Of a stretch of 64,000 bases of DNA, positions 12,506 through 25,181 are shown one piece after another. Origin of the DNA: Octopus sinensis (lineage: Eukaryota); the NCBI RefSeq assembly GCF_006345805.1, contig NC_043013.1:558001-622000 (forward strand), given 5' to 3'. The stretch's first letter is position 1. Every line of letters starts with the position of its first letter. Below the pieces are notes generated by a model that was not told where the DNA came from, did no database searches, and worked only from the letters and a program-made list of their open reading frames with translations. A program made the position numbers and the translations under genes.

Positions 12506-14232
12506 GAAAACAAACACTATCATTAATTTGCTACTGTCCAGTTATGCAGGGGAAATATATATTGAATGAAAGTGTGAAAGTGAAATGTGTATTATTAGTT
12601 CTGTAAGCTTTTCATTTCCCTTTTAGATCTCTTCCTCTGTTAGTCCAGGAAGGAAGGAAAAATCATGTCAGTCTTTTAATTACTACCATAGTTGCTATGC
12701 AACTAAATTTTTTTTTATCTGTTTGTTAGATGGCAAGAACCAATTAATTGGCATCAGGTTTTTACACTGTGCCAGTAACTTCTTATGAAACCAGACTTGT
12801 TCCCATTTTCACCATTTACAACTCCCTTTGTTGCTCTCATTGGTCTTTGATTCCATTGCTTTTCCATTTTTGGTTGTAGAGATTGTTCAGCATTCTTGGT
12901 TTTGACAAACTTCCAAGTGTACTTTCGATTTTCATACTATAGTTTTTATTGTTTTTTTGTAATGAAGAGAGATTGCAAGTGGAGCACCACCACCCTCCAT
13001 TATTCTTTACATTGAAGAGAATAGGTTTCTGATCAAACTCTGTTCTATACAGACATTAATGCACAATAATTTATGAGTGTTAGTCAAAGATACAACATTC
13101 TTTCCCTTTTTATTTATTCCCTTTCACATTTGTTTTGTATATCTGCCAAATATTCCATTGTAAAAGAAAATGTAAATATATATTTTCTAGTTAATTCTAG
13201 TTTATCCATCACTAAAAGAAATAAAAAAAATAATCAAAAGATAAACGGGAATGATATAAGTAATAGATTACCTGAAATTACAGGTAATAGATTATATTTG
13301 TGATTGAGGTTAACCGTTTCTCATTTTACAGGGAAGTAAAACATTTACATGGAAACCTCTAGAAATTTAGCATGAAGAATACCATGCAAATTGGTTATGG
13401 CATGAGTGAGTTGAGAATTAATGATAATTGATCGAATTTGTAATGCTTAGCAATAGTTTCCACCAGTTTAGTCATTGAACGACACCAACAAACCTGTGGC
13501 TTCTTTTTTCTTTTTTTATCTTGTCTTCAGATATTGTCAGCGTTTCCTGTTTTTGATTATTATTTGTTGACCTTTATAAATAAATGTTGAAGTTCAAAGA
13601 ATATTGTCCAAAATGACTTGAAAAATTTAGTTAATTGATTAATTTAAAAATAGAAATGGTATTCCAAAGTACATATTGAAAATTTAAAACCAAATTCTAA
13701 ATCTGTGTTTACCATACAATAATATATATATGTGTATATATATGTATATACACACATATATACATACACATACATATACATAACGGTCCATTATCAAATA
13801 TTTAGTTGGTGGTATTCATTAGCTAGTTAATTCTAAAGCATAATTCTTAGAAGTTGTTATAAAATCTTGTATTTAAAGCGTTTTATTGATTCTTCTCCAG
13901 ATTTACACTGCTTTATCAATGACATTGTAATCTGATCCTATTTTTCTCAAGTTCTTCATAATGGTTTTGCTCATTAAGAAGAAATCAATAAAATTTTAAA
14001 ATAAAACAAAGCAACCAAGTATCAGCTAAGGGGACCAAGTTTTTAAAGGTTACTCCAAAAGTATTTTTATAGTTCTTGATGTTTCAATTATTGAACAGTT
14101 TTGATAAAAAAAGAACTTTTACTCTTTTCATCAGTTTGAATATTTTTTTTACTTAAATTAAAATTTTCTTTAGTGTAAACGAAGTATCAGTTTTAATAAG
14201 TTGTCTTAATTTTTTTGTTTTTGTTTTCTTAG

Positions 14233-14358
14233 ATGTGCAAGAATCACCTGTCAAGTAGCTCAGATGCTAGTCTTCATTATCGAGCAGTTTGCCGAGCACT
14301 ATTTACTGAAGCTCATGAACTTGTCACTTTTCTTGATAAGGTGTCAACTGGCCAGAAG
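14233..14358 (+). CDS. Spire: Spire exon, end of KIND: MCKNHLSSSSDASLHYRAVCRALFTEAHELVTFLDKVSTGQK
   Basis: cttag acceptor, gtaggt donor, 126 nt, phase 0/0. Matches the HYQAVCRALFAE..EL.TFL motif. Confidence 0.97.
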
Positions 14359-14677
14359 GTAGGTAGCTTTGGAAAAAGATTTTGGTTACCTTTCATTCAG
14401 AAATTTCAGATTTCATCTCCAAATCTTATTACTCTCACTCTCCCCTAGTTCAAGGATCCCCTGACTTTTTACACCATCGACCCCGTCATGAAATCCTTGA
14501 CCCTCTCATCTCACCCCCACCCCTCTGGCATGTACAAGAAGATAAATAAATAATAATAAAAATTAAGTAGATGTGAATTTATCAAGCCCTTGAATACTCC
14601 CATCAACCACTTTGGAAACTCCTGCCCCAGTGCTTCCATTTAGATTTTTTGTTTAAATGCATTTTGTACACTTATCA

Positions 14678-14899
14678 TAGTGGTTCTCAACTGGGATCCA
14701 TGTGAGCCTTGGGGGTCCATCTAAGATTGGGGTTAAATTTTATCCACAAATTGGTTATACGTCTACAAAACACAAAATATTTTGATTTCTTTAATACAAT
14801 TTCTTATATTAATTATAAAAGTATAATGGTTATGAGGGTCTTTCTGAGTAAAATTCGAATCAAAGGAGTCCATAGGCAAAAAATGGTTGAGAAGCACTA
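14678..14899. mobile_element. hAT (Charlie-like) MITE
   Basis: 13/14 TIR tagtggttctcaac / gttgagaagcacta. TSD not recognisable. Partial second copy from 32362. Confidence 0.7.
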
Positions 14900-15069
14900 T
14901 TTATAGTTTATATTTCAGTTTCAAAGCTTTATAAAAAATTCTTCAGGTCTCATGAAAGCACTTCACCTTATTGGCAGTTTCTCTACTGACCATGAAAGGT
15001 ATGGATATAGGAATGAAAATTGCATTGACATGGGAAGTATTTTGTGCTGAAGGCTTTGCATTCATTGCT

Positions 15070-15305
15070 GTTTAATGTCCATTTTTCCATGCTTGCATGG
15101 GTCAGATGGAATTCATCAATGCAGATTTTCTGACTGGATGCGCTTCCTGTCACCAATCCTTACCTGTTTCCCAGCAAAATATTTTTCCATGACCAGAAAT
15201 GCTTTCCATGGAAGACTGGAAAATGAATGGCATTGCTTGTATAACAGGGATACTTGTTTACAACCATTACATAATGTCAGGATAAGGGAATACACACACA
15301 CACAT
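15070..15305 (-). mobile_element. A2-type SINE
   Basis: gtccatttttccatgcttgcatgggtcagatggaat tail region and body shared with 38490 and 46180. Confidence 0.7.
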
Positions 15306-15384
15306 GTATATATATATATTTTGGTCGGAAAACTTGTATTGTGGAAAATATGGTATATACAACAGGCTTCTTTCAGTTTCTTAT

Positions 15385-15775
15385 TTCTTTATTGCCCACA
15401 AGGGGCTAAACATAGAGGGGACAAACAAGGACAGACAAAGGGATTAAGTTGATTACATCAACCCCAGTGCATAACTGGTACTTATTTAATCAACCTTGAA
15501 AGGATGAAAGGCAAAGTTGACCTCGGCACAATTTGAACTCAGAGCGTAATGGCAAACGAAATACCACTAAACATTTTGCCCAGCGTGCTAACATTTCTGC
15601 CAGCTCGCCACCCTTCTTTCAGTATCTGTCTACCACATTCACTCACAAAGCTTATTCGATCTCTTAACCTTGGGCTAGAGTATAAGACACTTACCTAAGG
15701 TGCCATGCAATGGGACTGAACCCAAGACCACATGGCTGGGAAGCAAGCTTCTTATTCACACAGCCGTGTTCATGC
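15385..15775 (-). mobile_element. Adjacent family D SINE (15385-15615) and family B head (15620-15775)
   Basis: Reverse matches to the D core (gaaaggcaaagttgacctcggc) and the B head (aaggtgccatgcaatgggactgaacc). Confidence 0.75.
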
Positions 15776-16496
15776 CTATTGTGTTATGACAAATACTTAT
15801 CTAACAATTGTAAACTGTGAACAAATGCAAGAGATTTTAACAAATGTAAATAAATGCAGAACCAATTGTAGACATTGTCAAACTCCTGGCATTGTGTTAC
15901 GCTGTTAAACGTCATAATTTATTTAATTTGGATTGGTCTGCTTTCATCTGGATGTAACTCTCATCTCACAGTGAAAAGTTGGTATTATAAGGATAGATTT
16001 GCAGATGTCTGTCTGCCTGTTTGCCTGCCTGTCTGTCTGCCAGTTTTAAGAGAGTGGGGGTACATACTAGGTAAATAACATAAGCTATTCCATTATAGTG
16101 TGTGTGTGTGTGGAATGGAATTAATGTTGAAGATGGCTAAGTGTACCAATAGTAGGGGAAAATGTCATTATTAATTGTTAGTTTTACTGATTCCAGTCCA
16201 TTTTTGGTTTGGCAAATTAGGTTAGTAACATATTGCTGGTAGCTCTGTTAGGTTCCATTGAGAAATGTGTTTTTGCTTTTCTTTCTCTGGAGAATATGCA
16301 TCATATTCTTTAAATGAATTCCAACCAAATTTTTAGCATTTCTATTGGTTTGATGGTTTGGAAATAGTACTGAATTGATTTTAGTTAATGGCTTACGTTC
16401 ATTATCTTTTTGTCCAATGCCGCTGCCATTATGGAAATGAATGTGAAAAATGATACACACACACACACACACATTCTGTTTATGTTCTCATTTCAG

Positions 16497-16556
16497 ATTC
16501 TACAGAAGCAGAGGCAGAAAGTTGATGAATTGGAGGCTCTTGAAAGATCAGATTGG
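16497..16556 (+). CDS. Spire: Spire exon: ILQKQRQKVDELEALERSDW
   Basis: tttcag acceptor, gtgaga donor, 60 nt, phase 0/0. Ends in DW before ARLW, as in Spire (LEELKNADW/ARFW). Confidence 0.9.
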
Positions 16557-16686
16557 GTGAGACTATATTTCATTCAACTAAACTCTTAGGTTCTCAGCAG
16601 TTTTAGTTTTATTGAACTCTTTAGCATTCAAAATACTAATATAGTTGGTATATTACTGTATTTACATACACACACACACACACACG

Positions 16687-16937
16687 TCATCATCATCGTT
16701 TATTGACTGCTTCCCATGCTGGCATGGGTTGGATGATTTGAGAACTGGTAAGCCGGGAGGCTGCACCAGGCTCCAATCTGATCTGGCAAGGTTTCTACAG
16801 CTGGATATCCTTCCTAATGCCAACCACTCTAAGAATGTAGTGGGTGCTTTTTACATGCCATTGGCACGGGTGCCGGTCAGGTGGCACTGGCATTGGCCAT
16901 GCTCAAATGGTGCTTTTTACATGCCCCCCTGGCACAA
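16687..16937 (-). mobile_element. Family A element
   Basis: (CAT)n tail, core and 1-2 VNTR units. Confidence 0.85.
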
Positions 16938-16952
16938 TATGTTTGTATATCT

Positions 16953-17258
16953 CAAAATCAAATCACAATCAAATGGAAATTCTAGTTGTGGTTGATGCCA
17001 GTGCCGCCTGACTGGCTCTCATGCTGATGGCATGTAAAAAGCACCATCTGAACGTGGTTGATACCAGTCCCCCCACCCTGACTGGCTCCTGTGCCTGTAG
17101 CACGTAAAAAGCACCCACTACACTCTTGGAGTGGTTGACGTTAGTAGAAACATTGTCAGATCAGATTGGAGCCTGGTGTGGCCTCCTGACTTGCCAGTCC
17201 CCAGTCAAACCGTCATACCCATGCCAGCATGGAAAACGGACGTTAAACATGATCATGA
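16953..17258 (+). mobile_element. Family A element, head-to-head with 16687-16937
   Basis: caaaatcaaatc lead, 2 units, core and tail. Confidence 0.85.
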
Positions 17259-17881
17259 GATCTCTATATACATATGTATGTGTGTGTTTAATTTATAATC
17301 ATTAAAACAATGAAAATATTAACTGAAAGAACACTGAATACATTTAAGTATACACTAATTTTACAAGGAAATTTGGCACTAATTGGCTTTATTAGATTGA
17401 GTTCTGTAGTGTTAGATAGCTGTTATATGCTTGGGTCTCCTGTTGGTATCAGAATAATCAGTGCAAGGTAGGTGCAGTTTATGAAGTAGTTTTTGAAGGA
17501 AGGAAAATTTGAAGTGAGAATCGGAGATAAAGTATTGGAGTGAATGGAAACAGAAAAAAGAAGTTATTCTTAAATGAAGTTGGAATGTGTGAGGGGATAA
17601 AAAGAGGAAGAAGAAAATGTGGTGTGGGTAGGGTTCTAGATAAGGTGTGGTGGAATGCCAAAAACAAAATTCTATAGAAATATTTTGGACAAAGACGGAT
17701 TCCATGGGTTTGGTTTCTGATAAGTAGGTTGGAGCTGGCTGAAACCAGTCATGCATGTAACCAGGAAATTAATTATAGGAATTAAAGCAATGTGTGCTCA
17801 AGGGTCAAGTTAGAGCAAATAGCCACCAATACAAACACACCCAATGTATTCCATTTTAAGTTTTGCTTAATCTTTAATCTT

Positions 17882-18226
17882 CTTTTTTCTGTTTCAGTCA
17901 TAAGACTGAGGCCATGCTGGGGCTCCACTTTGAAGAAATTTTAGTCAAATAAATTGACCCTCACTACTTATTGAAAAAAATTTTTTAAAGCTTGATACTT
18001 ATTCTATTGGTCTCTTTTGCTGAACTGTTATGGGGATGTAAACATACCAACACTGGCTCTCAAGTGGTGGTGCGACACATGCACATTTATATACTTTGGG
18101 GTTCTTTCAGTTTCAATCTACCAAATCCATTCACAAGGCATTGGTTGGCCCAAGGTGCCACACAGTGGGACTGAGCCCAGAACCATGTGGTTGGGAAGAA
18201 AGCTTCTTACCACACAGCTATGCACC
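17882..18226 (-). mobile_element. tRNA-headed SINE, family B/C
   Basis: Reverse match to the full copy at 48012-48390. Confidence 0.8.
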
Positions 18227-18238
18227 AACAGATTACAC

Positions 18239-18390
18239 CAGGGGTGAACTGAGCCATCAGTCAATCAGACACTGCCTGAAGGCCTGGAGCTCTGAGGGGC
18301 CTGCACTCTATGCCAACTCTACTAAAATACCCATTCAAAGGGGCTCAGTAAAGTTATGTCTGAGGGCTCTTAATACTCTGTCTGCCCCTG
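18239..18390. mobile_element. hAT-type MITE, 152 bp
   Basis: Perfect 8-bp TSD GATTACAC at 18231-18238 and 18391-18398. TIR caggggtgaac / gtctgcccctg (8/11). Confidence 0.8.
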
Positions 18391-18419
18391 GATTACACAC
18401 ACACCACACACACACACTG

Positions 18420-18690
18420 CCAGTTTAACTTGGTAGCATGGATCATGCTTTCAGTGAGTGTTTGCAGTGGTGCTTCTGTAGTCCAAAGCAGGCATAGCCA
18501 CCCTCTCAGCCCTCTTATCCTTGATCAAGCAGAACTTCAAAGACGTAACAGCCAGAAGGAGAGGGAGCAGCATCAGTACTGGAGTGGTATTGAAATGAAG
18601 TGCCTTCTTCAGACACATGTTGCTTGGTCTAGGAATCGAACTTGTGACCTACTGGTCATGTGTCCAGTACTCTAACCACTTGGCCACATT
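18420..18690 (-). mobile_element. tRNA-headed SINE, family G
   Basis: Minus strand tggccaagtggttagag..gttcgattcc (A and B boxes). Relatives at 27135-27310 and 46672-46975. Confidence 0.7.
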
Positions 18691-18904
18691 CTCTCTCTTT
18701 CACATATGTATATTGGTTGTTTGTTTTACAACCATTTTTCCATGCTAGCATGGGTTAGAAGTTTATATTATTGAGGCACTGATTTATGGCCAGATTCCTT
18801 TGCCAGTTTGTTTCCTTTGAAATGTGGAATCCTTTCTTTGAAGGGAGATGGTTTGTTGTGACAGCAACAGAAATTAGCCACTTCATAGAGACAAATGTAA
18901 GCGA

Positions 18905-19110
18905 GTAGATGCAGACACACATTCACTTGCCCACCCGCACACACGCACACATGCATATATGCACACACTCACACATGCACACACTCGCACTCATGCATGC
19001 ACATATGCACTCACACACACATTCACTCATGCACATATGCACACACATGCATTCACACATTCACTTACGCACACACGCACATTCACTCACACTATCACTC
19101 ACTGTAACAC
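18905..19110. repeat. Complex (CA)-rich microsatellite
   Basis: Source of the His/Thr-rich spurious ORFs 18909 and 18959. Confidence 0.9.
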
Positions 19111-19343
19111 ACTCTGGAGAACCTGGGAATACACCAACAAATGGGGAATGCAGCAGCATGTCCCCGTCACCCCGTCCCCACCTGACCTTCATAAAGCACA
19201 CATTTATAAAACTTGTAACATCTACCAAATACATAACAGAATGGTCTCCAAGCAATGCAGCAATAGTTTTGTTTTTTTGATAAAATTTTAATGAATGTAA
19301 AGAATAGTAATATTTCTTCAATTTCTTTTCATTTTTATTTTAG

Positions 19344-19505
19344 GCTCGACTTTGGATTCAGATCATGAAACAGTTGCGACATGGCGTGAAGCTAAAGAAA
19401 GTTGACCACTCTCATCAGTCTTTTGAAGGGGAGTATGAGCTGACCCCTTATGAGATTCTCATGAAGGATATAGTCTTTAAGAGATACAGACTTAATAAGA
19501 TTATG
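19344..19505 (+). CDS. Spire: Spire exon, WH2-A and WH2-B: ARLWIQIMKQLRHGVKLKKV...EYELTPYEILMKDIVFKRYRLNKIM
   Basis: tttag acceptor, gtatgt donor, 162 nt, phase 0/0. Contains the LR.GVKLKKV and LTPYE.LM.DI motifs. Confidence 0.97.
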
Positions 19506-20337
19506 GTATGTCAAGATTTTTGTTTTAATTATATTCATCAGAAGCTTCATCTAATTAATTTTAAAAACATTTTAAAAAGAATCTCGTTTTAAAATGGTGA
19601 AACTTACAACCAGACATTGTTGGAAAATTGCACTATTAGTTGTATGATTACCATTTTAAGTGTAGGCAGGGGTGAGGAGAATGCTAGTAAACATCCAAAT
19701 GTTGTTAATTATTTATTCTCCTTCAGTCATTGGAAGCATTTCACTTGGGGCAGATATTTTGTTCATTATTATAAAGCTGACACTTGACCCCGTTTTGTAG
19801 TTAGTAACACAAATGGTATTCTTGCATAAATAATTCCTTCAATATCACTTGGAAATGTCTGATATTGGAAATCCAAAGTGTAAATATTTGTCTGTTACTT
19901 TAGCAGAGGAGACGTAATTAAGACTCGTTCACAACGTACCTGCTTCCTGCATTTGAAAGCCATTAAAAGCATATCATGCAAAGTCTAAAACTAAGTGTAA
20001 CAAATGTATTTAACTTGTACATATTTTAAAGATTTTTAAGCTGGTCAGATGTGTTATAGTGGTGGGTGTGTTGAAAAATTGGAACATTTCACAACAAAAC
20101 AATAGACTGGTGTGTTGTTGGTGCCAATTGTTCTGGGAAGGAAGGAATTTATCATTTATCCGCTTGTCAACGGATTTCTGAGTTATCATACCTTCAGGGT
20201 AGAGTGTTACAGTTTATGTACCTTTTTTTTAAGGAAATATTATTCTGTGAATAATATACGAAATGCTTTAGACATTGAGATCTGAACATAAATCTGAGTG
20301 TTGTTTTTTTCCGTGTGTGTGTGTGCGTGTATGTGTG

Positions 20338-20619
20338 CAGTGTCAGACTGACCAGGTTGCCAGCTTACTCGATGGCAAGTGGGCCCCTGCACCATTAGAA
20401 TCCATATATGGAGGTCCATGTTAATATCTAAGGGACCCGTCCCCTCAAGTTCGAAAATTTTTTATTCACTCCTGGAAGAAGCATTATTTCAGACTGGCTG
20501 TGTTTGAAAAAGTTGAAAAGAATACTTTTAGGAAAAAAGAAAAAAAAAAAAAATTGTAGTTGCGGGTGGGCCCCCTTAGTCTCCTGGCAACCAATATTTT
20601 TAGACCCAGTCTGCCACTG
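20338..20619. mobile_element. hAT (Tip100-like) MITE inserted in (TG)n
   Basis: 12/13 TIR cagtgtcagactg / cagtctgccactg, subterminal gggcccc motifs, flanks tatgtgtg / tgtgtgtg. Confidence 0.75.
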
Positions 20620-21365
20620 TGTGTGTGTGTGTGTGTGTAACTTTGTATATTTTATTCTGAGTTTCAAAGAGATAACTTTTATTGATTCCTTATTTGTTCA
20701 ATAATGGTCTTTGTTTGCTTTGTCTCAAATAGTTGCATGAGGTTTTCCTTTATGTGCATTTTACTTTAAGTAAAATGCACATAAAATGCACACGTTGGTT
20801 TGCATGTCTCATTTCTAACTCTTTAACAATATCACCATTCCAAGTGTTGTATATTCTACACATATTTGAATAAATTGGTTTATTTGTAGTTCACCTTTGT
20901 AGCTAAATTTTATTTTATGTTAACCAATTTTGCATTGTTACCAGAAATGTGTCAATAGAAAGTTATCGTCATTTGGCATCCATTGGGATGCATAGAACTC
21001 TTGTGAATTCATGCCACATGATTTTTAAAAAATTCTTTAGGGTTTCATAAATAGTCCTTTTTTTGTTTCTTTGTTTATATGATGCCAGCCCTTTGCAATA
21101 ACCTAAATAGAGTTGAGACTTCAATAAGGTGGACTTTTTCTTTCTTTTTTGTTGGAATTTGAAATCAAAATTCAGACACCTGAAACAGCTTTGACAAGGC
21201 ATCATGTCTGCTGCCATACCAGTTTCATCTTTCCACTTCACTGGACTGGGATTTTTATCTATCAATCCTGGAAGGATGAAAGCAAAGTTAATTGAAGTAG
21301 GATTTGAACTCAGAGGATCAGATTAAATACACTGAGATACTCTTTGCAATTATCTTTGATAAAAA

Positions 21366-21560
21366 TTTAGGCATGGCTGTGTGGTTTAAAAGCTTGCTTT
21401 GCGACCATGAGGTTTTGGGTTCATTCCCACTGCACAGCACCTTGGGCAAGTATCTTCCTTTTAGTTCCCAGACCAGTCAATGCTCTGTCAGTGAATTTGG
21501 TTGATGGAAACTGTATGGAAGCCCATCATACATATACATAGGAGTGTGTGTAATATTTAT
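21366..21560 (+). mobile_element. Family B SINE head
   Basis: ggcatggctgtgtgg..gcaccttgggcaagt. A similar head occurs at 27358-27500. Confidence 0.75.
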
Positions 21561-21570
21561 ACACACACAC

Positions 21571-22761
21571 ATGCTGTGGTGAATAAATTGTCATCTAAAT
21601 TATGCAAAAATGAAAATAGCAGACATTTCATTTTAACAGAGATATTTACCAAAATTACATAAAAATATCTTGAAATACTAAAGAGTAAATTTATTCAATA
21701 AAATTATCATTGGCTTTAACCATGGCCTTCTGCAACTCTTCTGGGCAGTCTTCTTTAAGTTGGTGAATGCTGCCATAATCCTTGCCTTCAGTTCATCTTT
21801 GGTGTTACAAGGAGTTTTGTTGGTCTCTCACTCAACTGCATCCCACACGTAATAATCAAGGGGGTTTCAGTCTAGGGAGTTAGGTGACCAGATGTTAGGA
21901 GTGATGTGGTTGCAGAATCCTGTTGGTCTTCAAGTGGCCACGCTCTTGACCCAGGGCAGCACTACTTCCTCCAGGCACTTGATGTAGGTCTCCATGTTGA
22001 GTCTCAGGCCATGTGAGAAGATGAATGGAGGCATAACGTCACCGTCTAATGATCACTCCAAACACCATGATGTTGACTCGATGTTTGATTTTTATCACTC
22101 TTGGCATCTGTTTTGGAGACAGTTCTGTGTCTTCACCATCTGATCCTGGCAGAAATTTTTCTCATCTGAAAAAAAAACCAAAGCATGTTCAGTTGGAAGG
22201 GATCCTTGAGTTTGTTCAAAAGCTTCATAGCGCAGTCTTTCCTCTTGTCCTTGATGGCTTGGGATAAAAATTGGGCCTTTCTCATCTTGTATGAAGAATA
22301 CCAAATGTCTTCATGCACCATCTGCTTGATAAGAAACTCAGCCACTCCCATGTCCCTTGCGATGGTCCTGATTGACTTGGAGGGATTGTTGTCAGTCATG
22401 ACCAGGATCTCGCCAGCAAATTCAAGAGTTCTTTTCTTATCAGAACAATCAGAGTGAGTGTTCTGAGCTGCTGTACCTTCGTAATCACCATTAGACTCGT
22501 CCAACTCTTTCTGAATACTCTGCACTCTCCTCAGATTGATACTCAAACACTGAAATGTTTGTATTGGAGCTTTCAGCATGAATGCCAAGCAATACAACAT
22601 ATTTTTTTGCAAATTTCTGGCAGAGTGAATTGTGTCATGGTGTTGTTTTTCTTGCCAACAGTGCCCAGCTGACCCTACTATACTGTGTAGTCAACAAAAT
22701 CAAAAACAATGCTCATATATGAAATTAAAAGTATAAAATGGCAACAATTTACCCATTACAC

Positions 22762-22763
<2 letters not shown>
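21571..22763 (-). mobile_element. Decayed Tc1/mariner transposon, maT (DD37D)-like
   Basis: Minus-strand frames give an HTH (SKSIRTIARDMGV), FFSDEKNF, VMPPFIFSHGLRLN..YIKCLEEVVLPW and WSPNS.D.NPLDYYVW. There is a frameshift at the A-run near 22170 and the segment with the second catalytic Asp is deleted. Imperfect TIRs are flanked by microsatellite. Confidence 0.85.
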
Positions 22764-22799
<36 letters not shown>

Positions 22800-23009
22800 A
22801 ACATATATATCCTTAAATCCTTAAAAATGTTTTAGCCCGAAGGCTGCGGCCATGCTGGGGCACCGAAAACTCCAGCTAAGTCCCAAGTATTTACTTGCAA
22901 TCACTTTTATTTCCTGTCTTAGAAAGGGTTCCGTGTGGCCACCACCTGCAGCATCAATGTGATAAGAGAATTCCCCCCCCCCAAATGTGTATCAGCATAT
23001 CATGATCCA

Positions 23010-23160
23010 CCGAGTATTTCTTTGGCTGTCTGAATGCTTTATCAAAGTTTTTCCATTTCCCTTCTATGTCAATATCTTCTGGAATTGCCTCAAAGCAAAG
23101 CAAATTTATTCTTTAGTTCCATAATGAACTTGCTTTTGTTCTGCTGATATGCGTCTGGGA
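23010..23160 (-). pseudogene. RTE-clade LINE ORF fragment (EN-RT linker)
   Basis: Minus strand reads KSKFIMELKNKF / EAIPEDIDIEGKWKNFDKA / QTAKEILG with frameshifts. This is the typical F..EL.NRF...W..K.......E.LG motif. Confidence 0.55.
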
Positions 23161-23239
23161 AGAATTCTCTTACCGCACCGATGTTGCCCTTGCCAGTATG
23201 GAAAACGGCTGTTAAATGTGTATTTGTTTATGCCACCAC

Positions 23240-23500
23240 TTGACAGCTGGTGTTGATTTGTCTATGTCCCCATAACTTAGTGCTTCAACAAAAAGAGACC
23301 AATAGAATAAGGCCCAGACTTAAAAATAAGCCCTGGGGTTGGTTGGTTGGTTGAACTAAACCTTCAAGAAGGTGCCCCAGCATGGCCGCAGTCCAATGAC
23401 TGCAAAAAAGCAAAAGATAAAAGAAAAATATGAATTTTAAATTAACATAATAACAGTGGTGCCCCAGCATGACCGTATCTTTAAAGCTGAAACAAGTGTA
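23240..23500 (+). mobile_element. 3' half (C module) of the family B/C SINE with a duplicated end
   Basis: aaaagagaccaatagaataag..gtgccccagcatggccgcagtc. The gtgccccagcatg motif occurs twice. Confidence 0.7.
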
Positions 23501-23940
23501 AAGAGTAACAATAGACTGTCTTAAACATTCAACTCTTGTGTGTCTGTCTACACAACACTTTGGAATTCCTTTGTGCTTTTTCCAAACAGCTTTCCGTTGT
23601 TCATTCCAATCGTTTTCTGGGCTAAGCTTGCTGTTCTCATTAATACCTGACACATTTTCATTTTCAGTCATTTCCATCCTGCATTTTTCATCACATTCTA
23701 AAGTCTAGCTTAATTTTCAGAGCTTAAGGCCTCTCTAGTTATGATGGTTTTAGTAAGGTCCAAGTCATTAAGAAACAGGAAATTGACTAAACTCATGTGA
23801 TCTGATGGATTTTGTGAAGAAAGCAGTTTCTTTCTTTAGAATCCATTATGGCTGATTTTGTTGGGCAGCTGTTTCACTCGAGCGTGGAAACAAAAGCACT
23901 TCTAACTGCCCCTATAAATAATTGGTCATTTTATTCTTAG

Positions 23941-24027
23941 GTAAACGGAGACATTCCACCCAAAGTGAAGCATGATGCCCATACCATGATACTGGATTTT
24001 ATAAGATCAAGACCCCCTCTACATCCT
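23941..24027 (+). CDS. Spire: Spire exon, WH2-C: [29 protein letters not shown]
   Basis: cttag acceptor, gtaagt donor, 87 nt, phase 0/0. Near-identical to Spire VNGDIPP.....[13 protein letters not shown]. Too short for the ORF track. Confidence 0.97.
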
Positions 24028-25085
24028 GTAAGTGATTGCTAGCTGTCTTTCTTCTAACAGCACTCTTGCTTGTTAATTTTCTAAAAAAAAATTATTATTA
24101 TTATTATTTATTTTGCTTCTCTTTAACATATTAATTGACTTTTAATCTAACACACATTCTGGGAATAATGGTTTGTATCCCAATTTCCCACTTAAAATCC
24201 TTTTAAAACTTTGATTCTTTAAATTCTTATTTTTTATTCATCAGAAACAGTATTTCTCTCCCTCCAAATCCTTCCTGCCCTTCATTTCCGTCTGGTATGT
24301 CAGCTGCTATTTACTTTGATTCTAAAATAAAATATATCCATTAAAAGAGATGTATCTCCCCTAATCTTACTTCAAAGTGAAAGTTTTGGAGGCTTTTCTT
24401 GAAGTTTCTGACTTTGCTCTTTTCTATGCTATTCTTTCATTTCCATTTACCATAATTCTTCTGTAGAGCATGTTACTGATAGCTTAACCTTGATTGCAAT
24501 TCAGAGCTTCTTCTTATCCAACAATTCTTTATTTCCCTCTCTGCACTTTTCATTCCACACTCTAATTACTTTGCACTGATCAAAGTTTATTTTCATTCAA
24601 ACAATTACTTACAAAAATGTAACACCCAAAATTTCAGAATAAAGTTTTAACTTTGTTTCATGACCATTTTGTATTGCTTTTTGTATGGAAATTTCTAAAA
24701 TTTTATCTCTGGATTAAATTTTACAATTTAAAATTAAACCGTCAGAATATCTTTCCTCTTTATTAAACTTCCATTATTAACAAGATTATTACCAGTTAAC
24801 CTTTTGTGTATTTTTATTCTAAACTCTTTGTTCTTTCTGCTTGATTTACTCTTCTAACAAAATGTTGCACCATTCATGCTAACTCTTTAAAATGGTATTT
24901 CTTTGAAATAGCTTTCCATCCTTCCATAATTTTTAAAACTGAACCAGTTGAGATTAGTGGAAGCTGTTTGATTCTATAATTTGTTTCCCTCCTTACTTCA
25001 AAAGGATTGCTCAGAAATAATTCTAAAAAACTAAGAACTTTCGCATTTTAGTATTTTGTATCTTTCCTACAAATGTAGGATGTGT

Positions 25086-25111
25086 GTAGTAGTAGTAGTA
25101 GTAGTAGTAGT

Positions 25112-25162
<51 letters not shown>

Positions 25163-25181
25163 ATGCTACTACTGCTACTAC
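25086..25181. repeat. (GTA)n microsatellite followed by a short complementary (CTA)-like arm
   Basis: Read directly from the sequence. Confidence 0.95.

Noticed and set aside
17400-17760. Possible LINE/Penelope remnant; similar weak impressions at 41840-42070, 52800-53100, 57200-57450 and 58500-58900
   Set aside because: Only vague motif resemblance (e.g. KYLG, LHKLH..RRP), which cannot be supported without a translated search.
23285-23677. 130-aa minus-strand ORF
   Set aside because: Its C-terminal half is SINE sequence, the rest has no recognisable motif, and there is no splice support.
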